A program made the translations under genes and the position numbers. Under the pieces are notes generated by a model. It saw nothing but the letters and a program-made list of their open reading frames with translations, had not been told where the DNA came from and made no database searches. A stretch of DNA of 41,538 bases from Bugula neritina (Eukaryota; Animalia; Bryozoa), in contig CAXIUT010000072.1 in the NCBI GenBank assembly GCA_964035545.1, forward strand, positions 1-41,538. Reading direction: 5' to 3'. Below, in pieces: positions 1-11,255 of the stretch; the first letter of the stretch is position 1; each line of letters opens with the position of its first letter.

Positions 1-81
1 CCCAACCCCAACCCCAACCCCAACCCCAACCCCAACCCCAACCCCAACCCCAACCCCAACCCCAACCCCAACCCCAACCCC
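1..81 (+). repeat. Left telomere (CCCCAA)n
   Basis: Perfect C4A2 repeats at the window start. Confidence 0.99.
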
Positions 82-150
82 GAAGAAAGAATAAATTTCT
101 TCAAGAATATGTGATAGTGATAAAATAGTATAATATAAATAGTATACCTA

Positions 151-438
151 TCATGACTATCTTCTATTAGCAAAGTACGACAAATCTGCTTTCGAATTGG
201 TCCATGCCGTTGGGAGGATCATAAAGGAAATTTCAGGAATTATCACTACTGTAGCTCTTTTAGGCCTTTATCTGATGAAATCATAGCTTTATAGCTTTAT
301 AATCTCATTTATCTGAAATGAATTTGTGAATTTGACTTTCTTTTTCTTGGTGTTTCTCTTCGTCTTATAGATTATAGATTTTTTTTAGGAGTAAAAGTCA
401 ACTAGAATCAGTATCAAGTACAATTATAAAAAAATCAT
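151..438 (-). CDS. Hypothetical 95-aa protein with hydrophobic N-terminus and KKKVKF (RVxF-like) motif
   Basis: Clean ATG-to-TGA frame under TAR=Glu; no recognisable family. Confidence 0.4.
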
Positions 439-1027
439 AATAAATAAATTATTAAGAGTTCAAATAAGCATTTAATCTATTCAGAATAGAAAAATAATTA
501 TGAGATTTATAAGATAAAAAAAGTATAGAAAAAATAAAAAGAATGAATTGTTGATCAAAATTTAATAAATAATACTAAAATGTATATCTATATTAATAAA
601 AGCTTTTTTGTTAAAGAAAAAGTAAATTTAAATAATATTTTTTGATGTTCGATAATCAAAATATTTAAATTAAAAAACTATGATTATTGATTGATCAATA
701 TTTCAATAATATTATTTCTTTTCTCAAAATACTATTTTGATTAATCTTTAAATAAAATAATTATACTCAATATATTATTATTAATATCATAGCCCTTTTA
801 TTTCTTAGTTACAATTATCTTTAGACACTATCCATCATTTCTATCAGGAACAACTGCAACATTAGGTTAAATTTCTCTTAATTTTTAATTAAAAAAAGAG
901 ATATGTATGATAACAAAAAATGTAAAGCAAAGAAAGAAGGATATAATTTATGAAATGAGAATAGTTAATTTTTATAATATCTTAAAAAGGTAGAATAATG
1001 ATTTTTTAAGTCAAAGTATGATAGAAA

Positions 1028-1101
1028 GTTCAGGTAGCTCAATTGGTTAGAGCACTGGTCTGATATGCCAGAGGTTGTGGGTTCGATTCCCATCCTGAAT
1101 A
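1028..1101 (+). tRNA. tRNA-Ile, anticodon GAT
   Basis: Cloverleaf: acceptor GTTCAGG/CCTGAAT, D stem GCTC/GAGC, anticodon stem CTGGT/GCCAG with loop CT-GAT-AT (1062-1064), T arm GTGGG-TTCGATT-CCCAT, followed by a T-run. Confidence 0.9.
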
Positions 1102-1361
1102 TTTATTTTTATCAACTTTTTATTTTTCTATAATCCTCTAAATCATAACTTTTCTTCTATTAATCATGTATTTTTGATATATAAATACTATTAAATACCA
1201 ATACTATTCTTTTGTTTCAATATTTAAGTAATATTTAATATATTTATAAATTATCTTATTTTAAATTAATTGATCGCAGAAGAATAATCAAAGAAGATAT
1301 TAATTATGTTTTATAGAAAAATGCGAACTACTTCCTTTTTGAGATACAATAAGAATAGGCA

Positions 1362-1437
1362 GCTCAAGTAGCTAAGTTGGTATAGCATTGGCTGCAAATC
1401 AGCCAAAGGTTGTGAGGTTCGATTCCCACCTTGAGCA
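1362..1437 (+). tRNA. tRNA-Ile-like gene with expanded anticodon arm (possible pseudogene)
   Basis: Perfect acceptor GCTCAAG/CTTGAGC, D stem GCTA/TAGC and GTTCGA T loop; anticodon arm TTGGC-TGCAAATCA-GCCAA is 2 nt too long and the T stem has one extra base. Confidence 0.6.
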
Positions 1438-1483
1438 TCTTTAATCCCTTATTTTTATTATTTATTAATATCATTATAAACCA

Positions 1484-2808
1484 TCAGAGATCTTCATAAA
1501 ATAAAGCTAATACAGCTATACATAGCTGACAGACTTCATAGTTATTGTAGAGAACCATCGCTCCTTCAATAGCTTCTTGAAGACCAACAACTCTAAACTT
1601 CAAAATCAATTCTGATCTTCCCCATTCCTGTAAAATTTTCTAGCCAAGCAAACGAAAGACGTGCAATGCTTTACAACTCTAATCAACTGAAGAAGTTAGA
1701 GACTGAAGTAAAGACTCTATCATTCCCAACTCGAATAATTCAAATACAATTTATTCTTTCTAAGTAGCATTAAATGTACTGGACATGTTTTGCAAAAGGC
1801 CATTAAAAATTCAAATTATGGATTATTTAAGTCTCCAAAACAAAATAAATCACCTTAAAATTTAACCAAAAACGAATGTATTCCAAGATTCATACTTTTT
1901 TCTTATAACTAAAACAAAACCTAATCTTCAAGTTCTGCTTAAATCTAGTTATAGGCTTTTAAACCAACAGTAGCAACCTACACTTTTGAAGGAAGTAGTT
2001 GATCAATATTGATTTGAAGATGCTTTTGTCCTCTGAGACAGACAGCCAACATATGAAGCAAAACTTAAAGAGAATGATTGAACCTATGATGTTTGATAAG
2101 ATTCCAGCAAGTCCAATATATATTTATTTTAGATGAACAACTTTAAATGATCCAGAAATAATTAGCTAGATAGATCATTAGTCCTTTATTCAACTGAAGT
2201 CCAATTTCTGATATATTTTTAATCAATCTAATCAACAAATAGTTTTCCTTCTTTTTCTAAATGTCTAGCTTCATTGTCTTTTCAATAATAGGCATCAAAA
2301 TTTAAATCTACTCTTGTTTCATACAATCGCAACGATTTGTTATCATACATAGTAGCCATAAGTATACTCCTTGCCCTTATGATGATGGTGCAATTTTTGA
2401 CAAATATCGATTGACTTCATTGAAACAGTCAGTTTATGAGAGTTGAAGAGCTGCCAGTTAAAAGTTTTTAACTAAATTACCAAAAGCCAACACTGCCATA
2501 ATTGCATGTAAACGACAGCTTAAAAACTTCATTATCTCAATCATATATTTCTAAATAATCCATTCATCCTGAAATTACACTGCAACTATAGCTTCATAGA
2601 GGTCTTTGACTCTCTCCTCTTCTATCATCTTTATCAATCCATTTTAAGTTAATTAAAATTTTTATAGCCACCGAGAATCATCAGAAATAGAATCTTTTGA
2701 TGAATTGAACTAATTACTAATTCTGAGTGAATTTCTTAGCTGTTATAGTTATTCCTTACGTTGTCTGCGATGAATATCTATAAGTTTTTTAGATGCAGTA
2801 GTACTCAT
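1484..2808 (-). CDS. Divergent importin-alpha-like / ARM-repeat protein
   Basis: IBB-like N-terminus (LIDIHRRQRKEELEQLR), helical repeats, C-terminus resembling the importin-alpha tail; 20-nt intron at 1760-1779 restores the frame. Confidence 0.55.
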
Positions 2809-2854
2809 ACCCGCCTTAAATCAAATTATAATATTAGTAATCAAATAAAAGAAA

Positions 2855-4542
2855 TCATGTTTTAGGAGCCTTCAAAATACTCTATATATAACCAGAAGCT
2901 ATCGAGTCAAGTTTACCCTTATAATAGTACTATAAAATAGATGTAAGCAGTCCTAGCACCTTAGCCTTGATCTATCTTGAACCTATTGATAAATTTAACA
3001 ATCCCTTTGAACATGAACGCTGCAATTAACTGTTATTCTTCTTCTGAGCTATCTATAAAAACTTCACTAACACCTAAACTCCCTTTAAATTTAATATCTG
3101 ATACCTACATTGCTCCTCTAAAGTCAAATTACTTATCACTCTAATCAAGGCTGCAGATATTCCTTAATCTTCACTCTTCAAAGATAACCTTAGATAATCT
3201 TTAATCGCAGGTAAAAATCGAATCGGTGAAGCCTTGCGATCACTCATCTATGCCAGTCCTTCAATAGTTATCTTTTGAAATTGCACATAAGGTGAAGTCA
3301 AAACCTAACTCGCTTGCTAAACATTGAAAACTCCTCTAGAAGCCGATTCACGAACTATCAAAGAATAATACTAATAAACAGCAGGGTGAGCATCAATATG
3401 GGACTCAAGAAGGAAATTGTGAAGTCTTCGAATCACCTCTTTTTGCATAACTTCACAGGCTTTTTCCTTGCTAGTATTGCTCATGAGAGAACGGACTGCT
3501 TGAGTATGAATTCTGGCTGAAGTTTTATCCTTTACATTCCGAATCAAAAACATTCCAGTTAATTTCCAATAGTAATCAAATCTAACACTGGCTTCAGTCA
3601 TTATTCCAGGACTTTATATCAACTGTTGGAGAGCCTAATTCTTTTATTCTTGAGATCCAGTTGCTAAAGCCTCTACTACTTCCTCTACATTCGTAAATTA
3701 AATATTAGATTCTTTTAGGACACTTGGTATATATGCTGATTGTGCCTTATTCAGACCTCCTTTACCTGATATATTTCTAATTATCTGCACAATCATCTTT
3801 TTTAATCTATTCTCTAATCGATTTTCTTTTGATATTTCCATCAGTCCCTTCATAATTTTATGACCCTTTAACAAATCACAAAAGTTTCTACTAGTTGATA
3901 ACTTATCAACCAACAACAGTAATTCCTAAAACACTTAAGGAAAAGAAGCAAAAGATTCTTTAACTTCTCCGAACCAGAAAAACAATAACTTAACCAACAA
4001 AATATTTTGAATATCGCTACTATGTTGGCAATAAACATCAATATTACTCTTATTGAATATTTTATTGAACAATCGGCACAAATTGCCTACCACCTAAAAA
4101 TTAGTGTACCAAAATCCCAAATGAATCAACTAAGGAACTATCTACGTAGGATTCAACTCTGTCTCAATCTCCAAACAACGTTTAATCACACTACTATTCA
4201 CATACCGCAAAGTCAAAAAGATGTCTTGAACGTTACCAGGTAGATTCATATTATTACCCATTTTATCTCTATGTTTTTGAATATAAACAGTCGAGTTCAC
4301 CTTCAAGTGATCTCCTATTACAGAATTATTAGATAATATAAAACCTTACCCATCTTCAATAACAGAAACTAAAAGATCTATTTCATGCAACTCCCTCATT
4401 TCCCGCTCTATTGTCCGCTTCAACTTAGCCACAGTTGTCTTAGCTATATACTAAAAAATATACGATTCACTACGATCGATATTCGTAGTCCGTGGTCGTC
4501 CTTTGCAATGACATTTAATCGAAAATTACCTTCCTCACTCAT
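2855..4542 (-). CDS. ARM-repeat protein with N-terminal ubiquitin-like domain
   Basis: N-terminal VNPKTTVAKLKRTIE...IEDGEGFILSNNSVIGDHL; ARM motifs LKGVEVLVKFL and LQRSCSKGLLNLS; 20-nt intron at 4444-4463. Confidence 0.7.
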
Positions 4543-4566
4543 TTATTATTATAATCACAACTAAAC

Positions 4567-6340
4567 ATGATCGTGAAAAGACTCTATCGCTTCTCTACCT
4601 AAGCTCTCAACAGACGCATCTCAGACCGGGATCCTCTCACTAGAGAAACAATCGATTTCCACCTAGATCGCTATGGTCATCTCCTTCGCTCCTTTGTTCT
4701 AAAAAGACGTCTCATAAGATCGTAAATATGGCCTAAAATACATATCATCGACCCAGTACCTCAGGAATAGCAACACCATCTTAAATGCCAAAAGTTATTT
4801 CCAATTCGAGAGTATTTTAAGTTTTAGATAGATCGATGAAAGACGAAATGATGATGGCCATAGCTAAGAATGATCCAACTAAAATCAACTCAGCATTTAT
4901 CATATCCAATTTCAGTTAAGAATACTTCAAATAGATGATAGATTTTAGTATTTAGGTAAAGTTCTTGTTTGTGGAAAAGCTCCAAATAACTAAAAATAAC
5001 AATAAATAATCTAAGAACAAGCTAAAGATCTATATCATGTCTTTTACTTCGGATAGAAAAATAGTGCTCTAGAAAGATAAATAGAACAAGCATACCTTTC
5101 AGCCAAACAGTTTAAAAAAATTCGTTCAGAAAATCAAAAAAATAAAGGAATGACTCTTATCGAACAAGTCAAATGGACCGAAAAAGATCAAAGAATTCTA
5201 GAGTAAAAGAAAAACTGGCTATCCAGTGATCCAAACCTATCAGATGCGAACTATCGAACCTACTTCTAGTTACTTTAATACCCTAAAAGGTTAGCTCCTT
5301 TTCGTAAAATGTAGCAACTCCAGAACTAATGGACTTTCTTTGATAAGTTAAAATTCGACTGGTTCACTAGTAAATACTACAATCCCACCTCCAGTCGTTA
5401 TTTCTAGTGGGTCCAATAAAAGCTATTCGTCAGAGTAATGAACCATGTCAGATCAACCGAATTCACATCGACTCTCAATATTCCTCACGATTATATGATA
5501 CAAGCTCAGCTAATGCAATTGCATTTCTGGTTATTAGTAGATCGACTACAAAAATTTGATACTCATGAAGGAACAATACTGGCAAGGAGAATAAACTTTA
5601 TGCTTGAAGTGGAAATTGCTAGAAGTGCTCAATCTGTTAACCTCAAAAAGAGCAACATGCTAACATCTACTCTAGAGCAGATGCTCTAAACCAACAGAAA
5701 AGTCCTAGAACTACATTTCAACCGTTCTTAACTCACTAAAAACAATCTATATAAAGGGATAGATGCCTTGGTCTGGAGCATTGTTTTTGCCTAGAAAGTA
5801 CATAGATATTCAGACCAAGTTTATCTATTTGCAGACTATGTTGTTCAAAACTTCATTCATCTGCAACAGCATTCACAAGAAGACATTCTTAACGGAATTA
5901 TTTAGTTTGACCCATATCTTACCAGTCCTAACTATAGAGCTAAAATATAGGCTGTCAACCCGCCTCTTTCAGCATCCTAATTTGACAGACAGTTCAACTC
6001 CAATACACCAAACAAAGATTATTACTACTCCAAAATACAAAAATAGATAGAGGATAATATATCACCAGAGTAGAGGATAGTTAAATCAAAAATAAATTCT
6101 AAATTTTCATTAGATTAGTTTTTGCAACCTTTTAGAAATATGAGAGTCAAGTATGCGACTTTTAAGACAATGGATCACTACGGATAGATGTAGTAGCAGA
6201 AGAAGAAAAGTGAGTAGTTGGATAAAAAGGGGACATGGAAGTCAGATAAAGATGCAGTTAAGTAGGTCAATAGATAGTTCTAAGAGATAAAGAAGGCTAA
6301 AAATATAAAAAGAAAAGAAAATAGATAAAAAAAGCAGTGA
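4567..6340 (+). CDS. Ubiquinol-cytochrome c chaperone (Cbp3/UQCC1-like), mitochondrial
   Basis: Presequence-like MIVKRLYRFST; QLHFWLLVDRL and IDALVWSIVF...DYVVQNFIHL...NGII motifs; 20-nt introns at 4812-4831 and 4915-4934. Confidence 0.7.
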
Positions 6341-6416
6341 TTAATAGTATGAATGGGTTAAATATTAATTTATAAATCTAAAATAACTATAAATAAAGTT
6401 ATTGAACATATTTAAA

Positions 6417-6505
6417 GGGGTTGGGGTTGGGGTTGGGGTTGGGGTTGGGGTTGGGGTTGGGGTTGGGGTTGGGGTTGGGGTTGGGGGTTGGGGTTGGGGT
6501 TGGGG
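6417..6505 (+). repeat. Internal (GGGGTT)n telomere tract, the right end of the 6.5-kb minichromosome
   Basis: About 89 bp of T2G4 preceded by 76 bp of AT-rich subtelomere; no C4A2 tract follows. Confidence 0.97.
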
Positions 6506-6506
6506 A

Positions 6507-7965
6507 ATGGCATTGAGGACAAACCAATAATAAAAATCAAATTAAAATGTTGCTACAAATTCTAACCAAGAATGTTTAGTGTGGAAATAGCTGAATAAGA
6601 ATTCTAAACCAAGGCCTATTTTTAGAATATATTAAAATATTGCAAAATATTATGTATAAAGTATAGCTTCTTATAAAGAATATGACGCAGTGCAATTATC
6701 TACTAATTAAATCAGATGTTTAACCTATTTTCAAAATGCAGGTCTGCTTCAACAATGTAATTATATATTTATTTAGTGTTGTAAAATGGGTATGCTAGAG
6801 ATGCTAGATTTTGTCAAAGAAATAACTAAAATCAAATTGAAGCAACTCCATCTTTTAATAAATTATTTGTTAAATGTAAAATTTATGCAGATAGTGTAAA
6901 TCCAACAATTTAAAGATAAAATAAAAATAAATCTTACCCATCTCAAAATCCTTTTTTAAATTACAGTATTAAAAATGGTTTATACCAATAACAACAACAG
7001 CAATAAAAGAAGAAGTATTCAAAATAAACTTTCAGTAAGTCCATTTAATAGACTAAAAAACTATAGACAATAATTTATGGTCTGTTTAAAAAGTAACACA
7101 AAAAACAACCAGTTTTCAAATATCCTTTACAAGTACCAAAACACGAATCACCATTTAAAATTTTTAAACAAAAAATACAACAATAAAAATCTTCAAACTT
7201 CAACCAATAAATACCACTAAAACAATAAATTCCTTTTTAAAATAACCATTAAAAATCAATAGGTCCATCTCAAGATCATTAAAATCGATTTAATGCCTAT
7301 AGAAAATCAAATAGTCAATCAGTCTTCTTTGACAGTAATAATAAAAAGACAAACAACTCTTAAATTAGTATTAATGCAAACAAAAACATATTTTAAACAT
7401 CTTTTCAAAATAAAAATAAACAACATGAATACATAAACCAAAATAAAAGTCTATCTTACCCTCAATATAATAGAAATCAAATTAACTAGAAGCAATAATT
7501 TCCTCCTTATTTTCCTTTAGAAATATAAAATAAACAAAATATCACAGAATAATAACAAAAAAAATAGTCAATTTCAAAATAATAAAGCATTTTAACATGA
7601 AAATCAAAATTCTAATAATTTTTAAAGTCTTATGAAAAGTTTAAATATAAATAATTAAAATTATAATCGATAAAAAAGATATAATGATCTTTAGCAAGAA
7701 GAGTTTTAAAACAGCAATATTTAGATCTAAGAATAAAATAAATTAGTTAATTAATGTCATAATATAACGAACATATTCAAGAAAATATAAAGCAATCTTT
7801 ATAATCAATAAAAAGTATTTCAATAAAATCAAAAACAATATTATGACTATCAACAACAATAAGCAGACTAGTTTTTCTATAGAAAAATAAAAGAATATCA
7901 TGAATCTGATCCTGAATCAAAAAAATATATTTTAAAATAGTTGTAAGATTCCATATGGAATTTGA
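6507..7965 (+). CDS. Hypothetical N/Q/E/K-rich protein, probably 5'-truncated at the telomere junction
   Basis: Long frame under TAR=Glu; 20-nt intron at 6757-6776; probable indel in the A8 run at 7557-7564, otherwise it stops at 7600. Confidence 0.45.
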
Positions 7966-8141
7966 ATTTACACAAGTGATTTCTGTATAATTTGTTAAAT
8001 ATTCTTTTTTTAAAAAATACAAAAAAATTATTTTAAAACTTTCTATCTTTTTTTTGTTTAATTGTATGAATTTTGTCCTAAAGATTACAGATAGTTATTG
8101 TCAAATATGATATTTAGAGTTAGATCTGAATAGATAATGCA

Positions 8142-11099
8142 TCAATCAAATCTTTCAAAATCGTGCTCTATCATATAGATATTGCTTTTCTCAGCATCTA
8201 ACTTCTTCTATTCAGTAGCCTCATACTTAGCTTGCACGATTTTCACCTGTCTAATATCTTCTTCTCCACTACCTTCTAGCCCTCTCTTCAAAAAGTACCA
8301 AAATATCAGATCTATCAGTCGGTCAACCAAAAAGATAGCTAAAAATAAAGCTTCAGGGAAATATCCGAAAAATCCATAATACTCGAATAAGAAAAGATCT
8401 GTATTAATTTTATAGGTCCAACTGGGTTGAAGTGGGACTTAAGAACCAAAACCTACTCGACAGACAATAGTATAGAGCAGCATGATGGATACAAGAGGTA
8501 TGATGATTTTCCATTCATAGACACGTTGGTTGACTTTTTTGGTGAATATACTCATAAATCCATAGAGTATCATAAGAATAGCCCATAGAATAACTGTAAG
8601 GAAGACGTTAGTCATAAAAAGAGCTGAATATGACGAGAGTTACATGTGTCTCCACTGAGAAGGGCTTCAATGGATGTGAATTTAGGAAAAGCATTGTCAG
8701 AGATTCCAAAGCATGGTTTAATTTGCATCAAGTAGTGGATGGCAAAGGTATAGAAAAAGCAGAAGAGGATAGCAGGTATCATGGGTAGGAAAGATATAAA
8801 ATGCCATAAATTTTTATTCTACTTTTTATCTTTTCTTTACCAGAGAATAGTAGGCAGATCTAGCTTTATTTGATATGCTATGTATAATATAACAAAGAAG
8901 ATGAACCAAACATATCCAAATAAACAAAAGACAGTATTATTTCCATTGATAAAATCAGATACTAGACCTGGCGAATCGGTTGTATACTTGTCTGTCACAC
9001 ATCTCAACCCCTAAGTAAACTGTTCGAATGAATATTATGAGTAGTGAGTTTAGATGTTAGCTCCATCAGTAGTCAGGATAGTCATGTCAGTGAGAGAAGT
9101 ACCAAAGTTGGTGGGAACTCGAAGGGTGATCGGTTTGTAAAAATTAGAACGAATTAGACCATAGCCTCCATTGATTAAAAATATTCCAAAGAAAGCGAAG
9201 ACCAAAGTCATCAGACCAATAAAAGAGCGAATACAAATTCTACAGGATGAAGTAGATGATTGAGCAATTATTTTATTGTAATCTTTAAATAAAGGTTTTT
9301 TCCTGTTTTTGAACATTATTTTCCTATCCTTCATTAATTCCTCTTCATCAGGTTAGTCCTACTACGATCGCATTTGAGCTAGTTACTTTAAATGCTCTTC
9401 ATGCTCTTTCTTCTACTTGAGCATCAACTACAGCAACTACTCATCCACTCCTTCTAACTTAAGATTTTGTAATTCAAGTCTATTCTAGACCGAATAATCC
9501 AAACATTTTCCGATAATGTTTCTGTTCTTTTGATCAGTATTCAAGGAATGAATATCAATCAACCCTTACTCATCTGACACTGGTATCTTTCTAGCAATCA
9601 AATAGTAATACAAAACTCCAAAGGACCACATATCGCTCTTATCTAACTGAACCATTTCAGTGCTATCTTTTAGTTCAGGGGCAAAGTAGTCGATAATATG
9701 TTTGCTTTCAGTCAATTTCTTCTCAACATTAGGAGTCAAAAGTCCAGGCTATCTTATTTTTATTGTTTTGTCACTTACCATTATCCTTTGAGCATTTATT
9801 GTATGAACAGAAGTTACACCTAGTTCTCTGATCTGCTTGATAGCCAAAGCAATAATATACATTGTTAAATTAATCTATCTTTATCTTAGCCATCCCTAAG
9901 TATGTCTTCTTTTTTCAAGATAACTGAAAAGGTCTCCCTGATTGCAATATTCAGTAACGAAGACAGGTTACTGTCTGAATCGGTCCATGTCTTCCATTTT
10001 AACTAAAAACTAACAATCTTCTGAATAGTTTTGTTAAATAGCTCTTAATTTTTAATAAAAAGATTAAATTTTTTCTAGGTTCTGTCTAAAACATCCTTAT
10101 TTCAGGAGCATAAACCCTCACCATTTTCTTAGTTCCTGTACATAGAGCCATATAAGAGCTCTACTGGTAGTAATGATCATACCTTTGAATGGTTTTTGAT
10201 GGTCTATATAGAAGATACTTTTTAATGAATGGCTAAGGAAGTAAATTAACTTTGGGTTTAATATATGCTTGATGATCAGTTGGCACTTAGAAATTCATAT
10301 AATCTTTTGCCAAAATTTTATCAATAGAAGGACGTTAATCTTCATAATAACTCAACATTGATTATACAAGTATGTTTATTTCTTTAGTTACCACCAGTCC
10401 GAAAGGAGAATGTCCTTCTTTATATATCTCATTGTAATCTCTTCCTTTTATTTTTTTAAATACTTCTTTTTCAGTACTACCAGTAAAGGGCATAACTCCA
10501 AAAATCATTTTATACAAAATAACACCCAAAGAGTAAATATCACTTGCTTATGTCAATTTCCTTCCTTGCAACATCTATGGGGTTTGAAATTCAACTGGAA
10601 CCTGTTCTTCGTAACAGCTGTAGCCCAATTTGATCAAAGCAGCATTACATAGATTTATGTTGTCTGTACATAATCGACCAAACACAATACTCTTCACATG
10701 TAATTCCTTCATAGCTAACAACAGAATCTTCAAGATCACCAAAGCATCTTCCTCAGTTAAAAATCCATTGTTTTCCAAAACTTCACTCAAACTAGCAATC
10801 ACTCCACTTTCATACAAAAACCCTACATTGCCATCTTCTAGCATAACAACATCAAAGACCAAAGTTACAAAAGGATGTTTTACATCTCTAAGAACCTGGA
10901 TGAGTCTATCATCACGAGGCAGCAGGTGGAGCAACAGGTCTCGTTTGGTTACTTTATCATAGACTTTATATTCGTTGTATAGAGAGTTTTGTCTCAGAGG
11001 AGATAAAGGGTTGTATGATAGCGACCTCCAATAATCTGGTATTGGCTTTTCATTGATATAATTATTAATTTCATCAGCAATTATCAAATCTTATCTCAT
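8142..11099 (-). CDS. Tandem pseudokinase domains fused to a C-terminal region of about 6 TM helices
   Basis: Kinase 1: HPFVTL, FQTPEML, SDIYSLG. Kinase 2: VTEYCNQGDL, YFAPEL, DMWSFG. Frame continues into hydrophobic helices; 20-nt intron at 8624-8643; +1 indel near 10090; start uncertain. Confidence 0.75.
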
Positions 11100-11255
11100 A
11101 GATTGAAAAAGAGATTTTCGTATTGTAGATCATCATTGGTTGATATTTGTTTTTTCACAACTATTTTTAACTCTATTGTTTTATCAACTGTGATAGCTTT
11201 TAGCCTGATCTCATTTTAGAACTTTAAAATATATTGATCTTATCTCAATTGAACC

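Noticed and set aside
82-110. Conserved chromosome-breakage motif or hairpin (GAAGAAA/TTTCTTC) beside telomeres
   Set aside because: No motif recurs at a fixed distance at all three telomere addition sites, and short AT-rich matches are expected by chance
4837-4875. UGA read as Trp (no dedicated stop codon)
   Set aside because: The in-frame TGAs disappear once the 20-nt introns are removed; conserved Trp residues use TGG and well-defined genes end at TGA
6986-7006. CAA-TAA-CAA-CAA-CAG-CAA-TAA run as evidence for TAA=Gln
   Set aside because: It is an unconstrained low-complexity tract and is outweighed by many invariant-Glu sites
7557-10091. Euplotes-style +1 programmed frameshifting at AAA-TAG (7562) and TTT-TAG (about 10090)
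   Set aside because: In-frame AAA-TAA is read through without shifting in other genes such as the GTPase and SPATA4-like gene. Other breaks are -1 and mostly in homopolymers (about 23704, 23956, 27733, 39733, 40045, 40486), which points to sequencing indels
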